Source of the DNA: an uncultured Phycisphaeraceae bacterium
GTDB taxonomy: Bacteria > Planctomycetota > Phycisphaerae > Phycisphaerales > UBA1924
Assembly: GCA_964350875.1 (NCBI GenBank)
Contig: CAYGLT010000001.1
Coordinates: 6,199 to 70,198 of the forward strand
Length of the DNA: 64,000 nucleotides
Direction: 5' to 3'
A model generated the notes under the pieces. It did not search any database. It was given only the letters and a program-made list of their open reading frames with translations, and was not told the origin of the DNA. This document shows, one piece after another, positions 8,601 to 17,157 of this stretch. Every line of letters starts with the position of its first letter. Positions within the stretch are counted from its first letter, which is position 1. Both the position numbers and the translations under genes were made by a program.

Positions 8601-9806
8601 TCACGATTCCATTCCGCTCCGCCCCTCTGTGAGTGACGGATCGGAATCGAATCGGCCTCGCTCCGGATCGAGCGAATAGGTGTACGGGTCGCCCTTCACG
8701 CCCATGCCCGCACGCCGCCAGCGGCCGTGCCCTGCGCCGAAGTTCAGCAAGCCCATCAGCCGTCGCCTGCCGATGAGCGGCGTCGCCCCGTCGGTCGCCG
8801 AGGGCCAGCGCTCGCGCAGTTCATCCGCCGTGATCCCCACCCCCCCGGCTGGCAGGAGTTCGAGGATCGTCGCCTCGTCGTCCGCGGCCTTCACCTGCGC
8901 GCGCTCGCCGATGATGGTGTAGCCCGTGTCGGTGAGTTCGATCACCGTCTCGGGTGTGATGTCGTCGTAGCGCCCGTACGCGCGGAGCAGCCGTCGGCGG
9001 TCGCGCGGGTCTTCGGGGCTGTGCCGGCGCAGCTCGACGATGACATCGACGAACCCGGGCAGCGCCCCGGTGCCGCGCGTGGCGGTCGCCTCGCCGCCCC
9101 CGCCTTTGCGAGGGTGCATGACGAGCAGCACCGCCGCGCCTGCGTTGGAGAGGTCGCGCAGGGGGGTGAGCGCGTCGAGCGCCTCGCTCGCGTCGTTCTC
9201 GTTGCTCACGGGCCAGACGCTGGGCAGCGTGTCGATGACCACCAGCGCCACGCCCCGCCGTTTGACCTCCTCGACCATCGCGCCGATGAGCCGCAGCCAT
9301 TCGAGGATGTTCGTGCGCGCGTACGAGGGGCGTTGCACGATGAGCACGCGCTGCGGGTCGATGCCCAGCGCGTCGCGGCGGCGCGCCCACACACCGGCGG
9401 GTTCCTCGGAAACGATCAGGACCGGCCCGTCGATGGGCGACTCGACCAGCCCGCCCCCGGCGTGCAGGTCGCGGAGCAGGTGCGCGAGCATCGTGGACTT
9501 GCCCGCCTTCCACAGCCCGGTGAGAAGCGTGATCGCCTCGCTCGCGATGTAGCCGGGCATGATCCAGTCGGGCGCCTCCGACGGCCCGAGTTCGCCCAGC
9601 GTCACCAGCGTAAAGGGCGTGTCGCAGGGCGACGGTTTCGATTCCGTTCCGCCGCTCTGAGAGGGGCTGACCGGAATCGAAACGCTCGTGGGCTCGGGAT
9701 CGCGGGGGCGGTGGGGGCGGCGGATCTTCGTCGCGGTCTTGAGGACCGCCGTGATCTCGTCGTCGGTGAAGTCGAAGCGCGGGATAGATGAGGTTGGCGT
9801 CGTCAT
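8601..9806 (-). CDS. RecA-like P-loop ATPase (AAA_25/RepA-like, a mobile-element-associated type)
   Basis: Walker A is LLTGLWKAGKST and Walker B is ALVVIDTLPS. A later GAAVLLVMHPRKGG stretch is typical of RepA/DnaB-like RecA folds, and the C-terminus looks wHTH-like (EATILELLPAGGVGITADELRERW). ATG at 9806. Confidence 0.7.
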   Translation of the reverse strand: MTTPTSSIPRFDFTDDEITAVLKTATKIRRPHRPRDPEPTSVSIPVSPSQSGGTESKPSPCDTPFTLVTLGELGPSEAPDWIMPGYIASEAITLLTGLWKAGKSTMLAHLLRDLHAGGGLVESPIDGPVLIVSEEPAGVWARRRDALGIDPQRVLIVQRPSYARTNILEWLRLIGAMVEEVKRRGVALVVIDTLPSVWPVSNENDASEALDALTPLRDLSNAGAAVLLVMHPRKGGGGEATATRGTGALPGFVDVIVELRRHSPEDPRDRRRLLRAYGRYDDITPETVIELTDTGYTIIGERAQVKAADDEATILELLPAGGVGITADELRERWPSATDGATPLIGRRRLMGLLNFGAGHGRWRRAGMGVKGDPYTYSLDPERGRFDSDPSLTEGRSGMES

Positions 9807-9916
9807 GCGCCGAGAGTGCCCGAAAGCAGCCGAACCGCAAGGGCTCGAGCGCGCAGGGCCACGATTCGGCGCACGGCGCGTGCCGACGCGTGAACATTGC
9901 GCGCACGGCGGTGGTC

Positions 9917-11206
9917 TCACTCCGGGCAGGGCTGTCCGAAGTTGCTGAGCACCTCGTTCAGGTCGGCGAAGTTCACAACAGCATCGCCCGTGGTGTCGCC
10001 CGGGCAGGTCGCGCCGGGGAGCCGCTCGCTCCGGTAGACGCGCACACGCTGGCCGCCGGTTGCCGCGGCCATGAAATCGGGGATCCCGTCGCCGTTGACA
10101 TCGCCCCCGCCGCTGACGAAGTTGCCGAGCGTGTTGACTTCCCCCCGACCGTTGAAGGTGTGGAGGGTTGAACCGTCGGCGCCCGAGTAGACATAGACGG
10201 CGCCCGAATTGAAGCCTTCGGGGTCGGCGCCGCTCGCGCCGACGATGAGGTCGGGGACCCCGTCGTTGTTGACATCGCCTGCTGCGCCGACGGCGACGCC
10301 CAGGAAGTCGCCCAACGCAGCGCCGTTGAAGGTGTGCAGGGTTGAGCCGTCGGCGCCCGAGTAGACACGGGCGATGCCGGAGGTCAGTTCGACGACGGTC
10401 AGGGAGTGGCCGCCGGCGATGAAGTCGGCGAAGCCGTCGCCGTTGACATCGCCCGCGCCGCTGACGGACATGCCGAACCCGCTCGCGATCTGGTCTCCGG
10501 GGATGGTGTACAGGACCGAGCCGTCGGCGCCGGAGAAGACGCGCGCGGCGCCCGGTACGGTTCCCAGGACGAGGTTCCCCGGCATCCCGACGATGAGGTC
10601 GTCGAAGCCGTCGTTGTTGACATCGCCCGCGCCGCTGACGGAGGAGCCGAAATGGTCTTGGGCCATATCGCCGTCGAAGGTGTGCAGGATCGAGCCGTCG
10701 GCGCCTGAGAAGACGCGGGCCTGGCCGGTGTTGGCGTTGGCGTCGGGCGCACCGAGAATGACATCGTCGAAGCCGTCGTTGTTGACATCGCCTGCGCCGC
10801 TGACGGACGAGCCGAGCCCTGACAAGGTGTGGAGGACCGAGCCGTCGGCGCCGGAGAAGACCTGGGCGAGGTCGACATTCGTGCCGACGATAAGGTCGGG
10901 GGCTCCGTCATTGTTGACATCGCCCGCACCGCTGACGGAGACGCCAAAGTCGTTGCCCGGAGCGGCGCCGTTGAAGGTGTGGATGGTGTCGCCATCGAAA
11001 CCGGAGATGACCCGTGCGATGCCGGTCTGGCTGTTGTGGATGTTGTTGCCGATGATGATGTCATCGAACCCGTCGCCGTTGACATCGCCCGCGTTGGCGC
11101 ACACTCTGGCGGCGTCGATGGGATACTGGGGAAGGTGCGTGTGTTGGGCATGAACGACGGCGGGGAGGGCCATCAGGAACGCGGCGGCGATGAGACGATG
11201 AGGCAT
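9917..11206 (-). CDS. secreted FG-GAP (integrin-alpha-like) seven-blade repeat protein with single dockerin-like C-terminal module
   Basis: ATG at 11206 is preceded by AGGAG. The signal peptide is MPHRLIAAAFLMALPAVVHAQ. There are seven GDVN(G/N)DGxxD(L/I)IVG Ca-binding FG-GAP loops. Confidence 0.85.
   Translation of the reverse strand: MPHRLIAAAFLMALPAVVHAQHTHLPQYPIDAARVCANAGDVNGDGFDDIIIGNNIHNSQTGIARVISGFDGDTIHTFNGAAPGNDFGVSVSGAGDVNNDGAPDLIVGTNVDLAQVFSGADGSVLHTLSGLGSSVSGAGDVNNDGFDDVILGAPDANANTGQARVFSGADGSILHTFDGDMAQDHFGSSVSGAGDVNNDGFDDLIVGMPGNLVLGTVPGAARVFSGADGSVLYTIPGDQIASGFGMSVSGAGDVNGDGFADFIAGGHSLTVVELTSGIARVYSGADGSTLHTFNGAALGDFLGVAVGAAGDVNNDGVPDLIVGASGADPEGFNSGAVYVYSGADGSTLHTFNGRGEVNTLGNFVSGGGDVNGDGIPDFMAAATGGQRVRVYRSERLPGATCPGDTTGDAVVNFADLNEVLSNFGQPCPE
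9920..10006 (-). other. single Cys-bracketed dockerin-like EF-hand module (29 codons, protein C-terminus)
   Basis: The module sequence is CPGDTTGDAVVNFADLNEVLSNFGQPCPE followed by the stop. Confidence 0.8.
10020..11110 (-). repeat. intragenic coding repeats (FG-GAP blades, about 165-175 nt period)
   Basis: The plus-strand core gttgacatcgcc(c/t)gc(g/a)ccgctgacgga recurs near 10094, 10268, 10445, 10618, 10783, 10915 and 11078. Confidence 0.7.
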
Positions 11207-11454
11207 GAAGGATGCTCCTGTGCCGCTCATGCGGCGGGATGAGAGGTGGGTTGGGGGGCGAAAGTCGCTGCCGGGCCGAGTGTACAGAATGACGGCCGAG
11301 AAACAACCAACTCACGGCAGATCGTGTTTGCAAACGCGGATGGCGGCAGGATTTTTTCTCGCCGGAAGGTGCTAGATCTACCTCGCTTGCGCCAAGTCCC
11401 CTTTGGCGAGCGGCCGCGCATCCCGCGCGGCGCTCGGAACAAGGGAGACACCAC

Positions 11455-13722
11455 ATGCATTCATTGCGCACGCTATCGCTCGGTCGGCGACCCGCCGCCG
11501 GGATCCTCGCACTCACGGTCTGCGCCTCAGGCGCGCTGGCCGCGCCCGAACTCGTCGGCCTGCTCGACGACGCCCGCGAGGCACAACACCGGCCGCTCGT
11601 CCTGCGCGGCGCCGCGGACTGCGGCGCGGTCACGCTCACCCAATCGACCAACCCCGATGTCATCGGCAACGGGAGCGCCGCATGTGTTGACGGCGCCGCC
11701 AGCGCCGAGACTTCCGCCGCACGCGTCTTCGTTGCGCCGACCACCATGACGCTCAAGTGCGTGACCTTCGGCGTGCGGTTCAACCAGGGCGGAGACTGGC
11801 CCGTCGAGGTCAACATCCTCACGACGGACAATGTGCTCGGGCCGTACCGCAACCACAACAAGATCATGGAACATGTTGTGCAGTACATCATGTCGAGCGC
11901 GAACCGTGAGTTCTATACGGTTGAGTTGCCCGATGTCACGGTGCCCGCGGGGACGCAGTTCATCGTTGAACTCACCAGCCCCAGCCGCCGACCGGCCGAC
12001 GGGGGCGACGGCGGGCAACTCGCGTTCGGCTTCAACGGGCAGGGCCAGTCGGCGCCGACCTACTTCCGCGGCCCGTTCTGCGGCGCCGAGGACTTCGTCG
12101 ATATCTCGTCGCTCGGTTTCCCGAACCTGCACCTCGTGATGTCCGTGGGCTACGAGGAGGGCGCGTCGTCGCTGCTCCTCGACGGATTCCACCACAACAT
12201 CCTCGGCGATGCGCTCTTCACCTCGGACGGCTCGAACGAACTCGTCGTCGAGGGCGACCCGATGAGCGGCCCGTTCGGTTTCTCGGTTCCGTTCGGCGAC
12301 ACCACGATGGGCGTGCAGACGCCCTCGGCCGAATGGGAAGCCGCGCCGGGGACTGCCATGACCGTAAACTTCAACCTTGCGAGCGGCGAGACCGACACAC
12401 TGTCGTTCGTCACCGCTCCGGATGAATCGCTCACGCTGGAGACCGGGTTCACATCGTCGGTAGAGCCCGTGTTCGATGTCCTCGTATTCGACGATGGAGA
12501 ATTCGTCGGTGAGTTGCCCGACCAGACCTCAGGAAGCGTCTCGGTCACGCCGATCGAACGGTTCTCTCTCTTCGGGTTCAGCATCAGTTGCAATCGACAC
12601 AAGGTGGAATTTGCCGACGGGACCACGATTACCGACTCGAGCTACGGAGCGAGTTTTCGCGGCAACGCCCTCTTCGCGACGGTAGGTGCGGGGATCATCG
12701 GTGATTCCGTTGAACTCCGCCTGCGCGATGTCGCGGGCGCCACTCCCTCGCCTCCGCTCTCGGTGGACTTCCTCGCCGACGGCATGATTTCTTTCAAGCG
12801 CCCGCGTCACGGGGCCTTCGCGCCGGGTGTTCGCTTCGGCGATGCTTCGACTTCGCCGCGCGTCGTGGACGGGAACTTCACGGTTGACATCGGCGCCTTG
12901 GTCCAGGTGACCAACGGTAACGCGCCGATCGAGATCTTCGGCGAGGCGACGATGGCGGCGGGCGGGCCGCGCATTCGTGCCAACAACCTCGGTTCCTCGG
13001 GCAAGGACGGAGTGCGCGTCTCCTTCGGGGGCGTGGACAGCGCGACGGTGGACATCGACATGGTGAACCCCGACCCGCTCACGGCGTTCATGACGCTCGA
13101 CGCCACGCAACTCGGCGGCGGCTCGGGCGGCAGCGTCACCATCGACCCGTGCATGGGCTGCCCGCCCCCGATCATCGACGACTGGTGGAATCTTCATCCC
13201 GATTTCTCGGCCGTAGGATCGGGGACTTACACCCTCCAGATCGTCCACAACGACATGGTCGTGCATGAAGCGAGTGGTTTGAGTGGGTTCGCGGGCGCCT
13301 CGTCGGGTCGTCCGTGGAAGGGCGGCAAACTCGGCGGCGCGACGCCTTGCTGGCGCATGTGCTACCCGGACGACACGCCGTTCATCATCGCGAGCACCGG
13401 CGCGCAGGTGATGATGGACGAGGTGCGCATTCTCGCGGAGAACGCCGGGCCGCTCGAGCACCTCGACTACATCGAGATCCGCGCCGCGAACATGGAGGAG
13501 TTCGGGCTGCTCAACCCGCAGACCGTGCTGCCGCCGCTGCCGACTCCGTGCTTCGGCGACACCAACGGCGACAATGTCGTGAACTTCTCCGACCTCAACG
13601 CGGTGCTGGCCTCGTTTGGTCAGTCCGGCGCAGGCCTGCCGGGCGATATCGACGGCGACGGGCAGGTGAACTTCGCCGACCTCAACGGCGTGCTGAGCAA
13701 CTTCGGGAACTCGTGCCCGTGA
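11455..13722 (+). CDS. secreted 755-aa protein of unknown function with C-terminal double dockerin-like module
   Basis: ATG at 11455 follows GGGAG. The signal peptide is MHSLRTLSLGRRPAAGILALTVCASGALAAP. The body is beta-rich with no catalytic motif I recognise, and the dockerin-like tail is clear. Confidence 0.8.
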   Translation: MHSLRTLSLGRRPAAGILALTVCASGALAAPELVGLLDDAREAQHRPLVLRGAADCGAVTLTQSTNPDVIGNGSAACVDGAASAETSAARVFVAPTTMTLKCVTFGVRFNQGGDWPVEVNILTTDNVLGPYRNHNKIMEHVVQYIMSSANREFYTVELPDVTVPAGTQFIVELTSPSRRPADGGDGGQLAFGFNGQGQSAPTYFRGPFCGAEDFVDISSLGFPNLHLVMSVGYEEGASSLLLDGFHHNILGDALFTSDGSNELVVEGDPMSGPFGFSVPFGDTTMGVQTPSAEWEAAPGTAMTVNFNLASGETDTLSFVTAPDESLTLETGFTSSVEPVFDVLVFDDGEFVGELPDQTSGSVSVTPIERFSLFGFSISCNRHKVEFADGTTITDSSYGASFRGNALFATVGAGIIGDSVELRLRDVAGATPSPPLSVDFLADGMISFKRPRHGAFAPGVRFGDASTSPRVVDGNFTVDIGALVQVTNGNAPIEIFGEATMAAGGPRIRANNLGSSGKDGVRVSFGGVDSATVDIDMVNPDPLTAFMTLDATQLGGGSGGSVTIDPCMGCPPPIIDDWWNLHPDFSAVGSGTYTLQIVHNDMVVHEASGLSGFAGASSGRPWKGGKLGGATPCWRMCYPDDTPFIIASTGAQVMMDEVRILAENAGPLEHLDYIEIRAANMEEFGLLNPQTVLPPLPTPCFGDTNGDNVVNFSDLNAVLASFGQSGAGLPGDIDGDGQVNFADLNGVLSNFGNSCP
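13549..13719 (+). other. double Cys-bracketed dockerin-like module (57 codons, protein C-terminus)
   Basis: The module sequence is CFGDTNGDNVVNFSDLNAVLASFGQSGAGLPGDIDGDGQVNFADLNGVLSNFGNSCP followed by the stop. Confidence 0.85.
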
Positions 13723-13775
13723 GTTGAACCGATCGGATCGGCGGCACCGATCGCCACACTTCGACACCTACGACG

Positions 13776-13815
13776 ACAGCGCCCCGGACGACAGCCCGGG
13801 GCGTTGTTCGTTCTG
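13776..13815 (+). terminator. hairpin/terminator after the 755-aa gene
   Basis: The stem pairs 13776-13787 with 13796-13807 (core GCGCCCCGG/CCGGGGCGT), with an 8-nt loop and a tail TCGTTCTG that is a weak U-tract. It shares the 18-mer cccggggcgttgttcgtt with the tRNA-Phe terminator. Confidence 0.5.
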
Positions 13816-13831
13816 CGTGAATGCCGAAGAC

Positions 13832-14623
13832 TTACCCAGGGATGCGCACATACAGGAGCATGCTCCCGAATCGACGGAACCCGAGGCGCTCGTACACGGG
13901 AGCCCCCGCGACCGACGCCTGGAGAACCCCGACCGGATAGCCCGTCTCGGCGCCGGCGCGGAGCGCACCGGCGGTGACCCACGCGCCCAGGCCGCGCTTG
14001 CGTTGCTCGGGGATTGTCGAGATGCCGTAGATCCCCGCGAGCCCGTCGGCGAGGTTCAGCACCGCCGTCGAGACGATCTCGCGTTCTCGCGTGGCGGCGA
14101 AGTACACGAAGCCGGGCGCGCTGTCGCGCAGCGGGTCGGCGAAGATCATCGCGCTCTTGAGCGGGATCTGATAACCGCGCGCGAACGCGTCGCCCCATTC
14201 GTCGGCGCGCGACGGGTCGATGCGCACGAATTCGTACGCATCGTCGACCGGCGCATCGCGCAGGTCCGCGGCGTCGATCCCCATGATGGGCATCTCCTCG
14301 CCGAGGACGAACCCGCGCTCGGACAGGACCGACGCGACCTCGGGGTCGGCCGAGTCAACAGGAAGCACGATCGCGCACGGCAGTTCCGTCGGGAGCGTGT
14401 CGATCGCGGCCCGGACCGATTCGGCGTCGTGCTCCAATCCGAGCGACGCGAAGTTGCCGAACGGGTGGGGTTCGCCGGTGGAGACCGTGCAGAAGCGGTC
14501 GTCGGTGTTCGCGGACCGATTGCGCAGGAAGCGGCGGATCGTCGAATCCCAATGGCGTTGGATGACCGCGTTCGCGTCTTCGCCGAGGGAGGAGAGTGAA
14601 AGGTGGGGCATCGGCGAGAGCAT
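13832..14623 (-). CDS. GNAT family N-acetyltransferase
   Basis: The acetyl-CoA motif A is IPEQRKRGLGAWV, with the GNAT core VLNLADGLAGIYGISTIPE...APVYERLGF. The start is uncertain (GTG 14668, ATG 14623 or ATG 14611). Confidence 0.75.
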   Translation of the reverse strand: MLSPMPHLSLSSLGEDANAVIQRHWDSTIRRFLRNRSANTDDRFCTVSTGEPHPFGNFASLGLEHDAESVRAAIDTLPTELPCAIVLPVDSADPEVASVLSERGFVLGEEMPIMGIDAADLRDAPVDDAYEFVRIDPSRADEWGDAFARGYQIPLKSAMIFADPLRDSAPGFVYFAATREREIVSTAVLNLADGLAGIYGISTIPEQRKRGLGAWVTAGALRAGAETGYPVGVLQASVAGAPVYERLGFRRFGSMLLYVRIPG

Positions 14624-14693
14624 ACAGCGGGGTGAGCCGCGTGTGGGCGCCGGACTCGGCCGCGACACCTCGATGCTTGAAGCGTTGTTTCAA

Positions 14694-16343
14694 CTACGGG
14701 CAGGCAACGCCGAAGTGCGTCAGCACCTCGTTGAGGTCCATGAAGTCGACATCCCCGTCATTGTCGAAGTCGGCGGAGAGTCCCACGCCGGTGCGCCCGA
14801 ACTGTGTCAGGGCCGTGGTGAGATCGGAGAAGTTCACGAGGTTGTCGCCGTTCACATCGCCCGGGCAGTGCGAGGCGGGGACGATCGCGAGGATGGCCGC
14901 CTCGATGTCGGGCAGCGGTCCGATGTTCTGCGTCGCCGGGTTCGCGCCGTCCTGCTGGGGAAGCCCGGTGCTCATGAGCAGGGCGCGCATTTGATGAGAA
15001 GTGAGCGTCTGTCCCGGGTTGCGAACCTTATAGACAGACTGCACGAGCGCGCAGGCGCCCGCGACGACGGGCGACGCGCTCGAGGTGCCGCTGAAACTCG
15101 AGGTGTAATGCAGCGTCGGTCCCTCGGCGCTGTACGCGCCGCCGTAGCCCGTGGTCCACACGCCCTGCCCCCAGCCCTGCAGGTTCACGCGCGAGCCGTA
15201 GGTCGAGAACGAGAGCCGCGAGCGGGGCGTGGTGGTGTTGCCGAATCCGCTGCTCGCCGCGCCGGCGCCGACGATGATCGCGCCGGAGTCGTTCTCCGGA
15301 AGAAACGGCCAGTGCCCGCCGTTGCCCTGGCTGAACATCGGGTCGTCGAGGTTCTGCCCGCCGTTGCCCGCGGCCATGACGACGACCATCCCGTTGCCGA
15401 CCGCCGTGACGATCGCGTTGTACCACGGCGCGAACCACTCCACCGGGACATAGTTCCCGTTGGGGCCCGGGTACTGCTGTTCGATGAGGATGATGTCGCC
15501 CGGCTCCATCGCGTTTGTGGCAGCGACGAGCGCCGACGCGATGTTCCACGCCTGCCCGTCGTAACTCCCGGAGAAGTAGTGCTGGGCATCGGTCGCGATG
15601 CCCGTCGTGCCCCAGCCGTTGTCGCGCGAGGTGATCAGCCCGAGGACGGCCGTCCCGTGGTCGGCGCCGAATCCGGGATCGACTGGCGTCACGCCGACGA
15701 GTTGGATCGGCGGAAGATCCTGGTGGGCGGGGTCGAAGATGTACTCGATGTCCGCGATGCCGACCCCGGCGCCGCGCGTGCCGAGATCGTCCCACGCGTG
15801 GAGCGCACCGACGCCCGTGGGGGCGCGATCGAGGTACCCCTGGTTGGACTCGAAGTCTGGGGGAAGCGGGGGCGCGACTGGCTTGGGCATCGGGAGCGCA
15901 ATCTCGATGATGTCGAGCGCGTTGAGCGCGTCGATGACTTCTGCGGTGTCGGCGTCATCGTCGATGAACGCGAAGAACTCGGTGGTCATGTCGGCGAGTG
16001 AGCGGCCGAGTGAGCGCTGCGCGTCGGCTCGGAGTTGCTCGAGCCGCGCTTCGGGCAGGTCGTACACGGCGCGCCACCGAGCGATGGGGAGCGCATCGAT
16101 CGCGGCGCGTTCTCCTGCTTCAAGATCGACGACCGGGCTGGCCGCTCGCAACGAGACGGGGGAATCGTCGAGGAACTTGACATAAATCACACCTTCGGCG
16201 TGCGTGGCGCCCACACGGGTGTGCTCGGCTTTGATCCACGGCTGACGCGGCGCGAGCGGCCCGGGAGCCGCCGCGTGCAGACCGGATGCGGTCAGCAGCA
16301 GCGTCGTCACAGCAAGGGCGAGATGGTGTGCGCGTCTTTGCAT
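14694..16343 (-). CDS. secreted subtilisin-like serine protease (S8) with C-terminal double dockerin-like module
   Basis: ATG at 16343 follows GGAGGA. The signal peptide is MQRRAHHLALAVTTLLLTASGLHAAAP. Triad contexts are GVGIADIEY (Asp), HGTAVLG (His) and GTSSASP (Ser). Confidence 0.9.
   Translation of the reverse strand: MQRRAHHLALAVTTLLLTASGLHAAAPGPLAPRQPWIKAEHTRVGATHAEGVIYVKFLDDSPVSLRAASPVVDLEAGERAAIDALPIARWRAVYDLPEARLEQLRADAQRSLGRSLADMTTEFFAFIDDDADTAEVIDALNALDIIEIALPMPKPVAPPLPPDFESNQGYLDRAPTGVGALHAWDDLGTRGAGVGIADIEYIFDPAHQDLPPIQLVGVTPVDPGFGADHGTAVLGLITSRDNGWGTTGIATDAQHYFSGSYDGQAWNIASALVAATNAMEPGDIILIEQQYPGPNGNYVPVEWFAPWYNAIVTAVGNGMVVVMAAGNGGQNLDDPMFSQGNGGHWPFLPENDSGAIIVGAGAASSGFGNTTTPRSRLSFSTYGSRVNLQGWGQGVWTTGYGGAYSAEGPTLHYTSSFSGTSSASPVVAGACALVQSVYKVRNPGQTLTSHQMRALLMSTGLPQQDGANPATQNIGPLPDIEAAILAIVPASHCPGDVNGDNLVNFSDLTTALTQFGRTGVGLSADFDNDGDVDFMDLNEVLTHFGVACP
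14697..14867 (-). other. double Cys-bracketed dockerin-like module (57 codons, protein C-terminus)
   Basis: The module sequence is CPGDVNGDNLVNFSDLTTALTQFGRTGVGLSADFDNDGDVDFMDLNEVLTHFGVACP followed by the stop. Confidence 0.85.
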
Positions 16344-16612
16344 GTGTGTTTCCTCCGGAGCGCGTGCGCCCTCACGGAGGATCGGTGATGCGTCGGAGCG
16401 ATGCAAGGACAATCCGCGACGGAGCGGGGGAATTCTCGCGCGGGTCTGGGCGAGCCGATTCGCTTTGCGCAGCCGCGCTGTTCCAACCCCGGGAGGATCA
16501 CCGGGAGCGTCAGCGGAATCGCATGAACAAGGGGGGCGGCGACGCCCGATAGCGCGCGACGGGAGCGGCAGCGTCCGTTGCGCGACGGGTCGATATCATG
16601 GCGTCGACACAG

Positions 16613-16698
16613 GGCCCTGTGGCGGAATCGGCAGACGCAGCGGACTTAAAATCCGCAGCCCGGCAACGGGCGTGAGGGTTCGACCCCCTCCGGGGCCA
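16613..16698 (+). tRNA. tRNA-Leu (anticodon TAA)
   Basis: An 86-nt class II tRNA. The acceptor is GGCCCTG/CGGGGCC (one G-U), the D region TGGCGGAATCGGCAGACGC, and the anticodon stem GCGGA/TCCGC with loop CTTAAAA. There is a long variable arm, a T-arm GAGGG-TTCGACC-CCCTC and discriminator A. Confidence 0.9.
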
Positions 16699-16712
16699 TT
16701 GAGGGCCGTTTT

Positions 16713-17120
16713 TTATGCGCTCTTCGAGCCCGACGACGGCAGCAGCGGCGCGTCGCCCAGATGCTGGAGTTCCTTGCCCAGCGCGAAGCCGGTGATGATG
16801 CGCAGCGCGGCCACGCCTCCAAGGATCGCGAGTTGATCGAGCGTCGGACGGATCATCGTCTCGATGAGATCGGCGGCGATGAGCAGTTCGAGCGAGAACA
16901 AAAGGTACTGCCCGACGATCTGCCGGAGCGCGGGCCACTTCTGGAGCGGGTCCGTGCCGCGCCGAAATTCTGCGCGCATGAACATGACCAGGCCCACCAG
17001 AACTCCCCAGATTAACACGGCCGCGCACACGATGTTGATGCCCAGCACGACCCAGGTGAGCAGGTCCATGACCGTCTGATGGGCCGCGCTTTCGTATTGC
17101 ACTGATTGGCTGTGCTGCAT
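16713..17120 (-). CDS. small integral membrane protein, DUF1622-like
   Basis: ATG at 17120. TM segments include LLTWVVLGINIVCAAVLIWGVLVGLVMF and YLLFSLELLIAADLIETM, which resemble the DUF1622 family pattern. Confidence 0.65.
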   Translation of the reverse strand: MQHSQSVQYESAAHQTVMDLLTWVVLGINIVCAAVLIWGVLVGLVMFMRAEFRRGTDPLQKWPALRQIVGQYLLFSLELLIAADLIETMIRPTLDQLAILGGVAALRIITGFALGKELQHLGDAPLLPSSGSKSA

Positions 17121-17157
17121 GGAGGTGTGGCTCGGGGTGTCGTGAAAGAGGTGGAGG

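Noticed and set aside
10020-11110. Regularly spaced DNA repeats (core gttgacatcgcc...ccgctgacgga, period about 170 nt) that could be mistaken for a CRISPR-like or tandem-repeat array.
   Set aside because: They lie in frame inside one ORF and encode the seven FG-GAP Ca-binding loops (GDVNxDGxxD). The sequences between them are homologous blades, not unique spacers.
13776-13831. The hairpin at 13776-13815 as a bidirectional terminator that also serves the convergent GNAT gene.
   Set aside because: On the minus strand the hairpin is followed by tcgtcgtagg, with no U-tract, so only function on the plus strand is supported.
16413-16612. The 200-bp gap between the S8 protease start and tRNA-Leu(TAA) as a possible ncRNA or island junction.
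   Set aside because: I found no convincing hairpins, repeats of tRNA ends, or ORFs. It is most simply the divergent promoter region for the protease and the tRNA.
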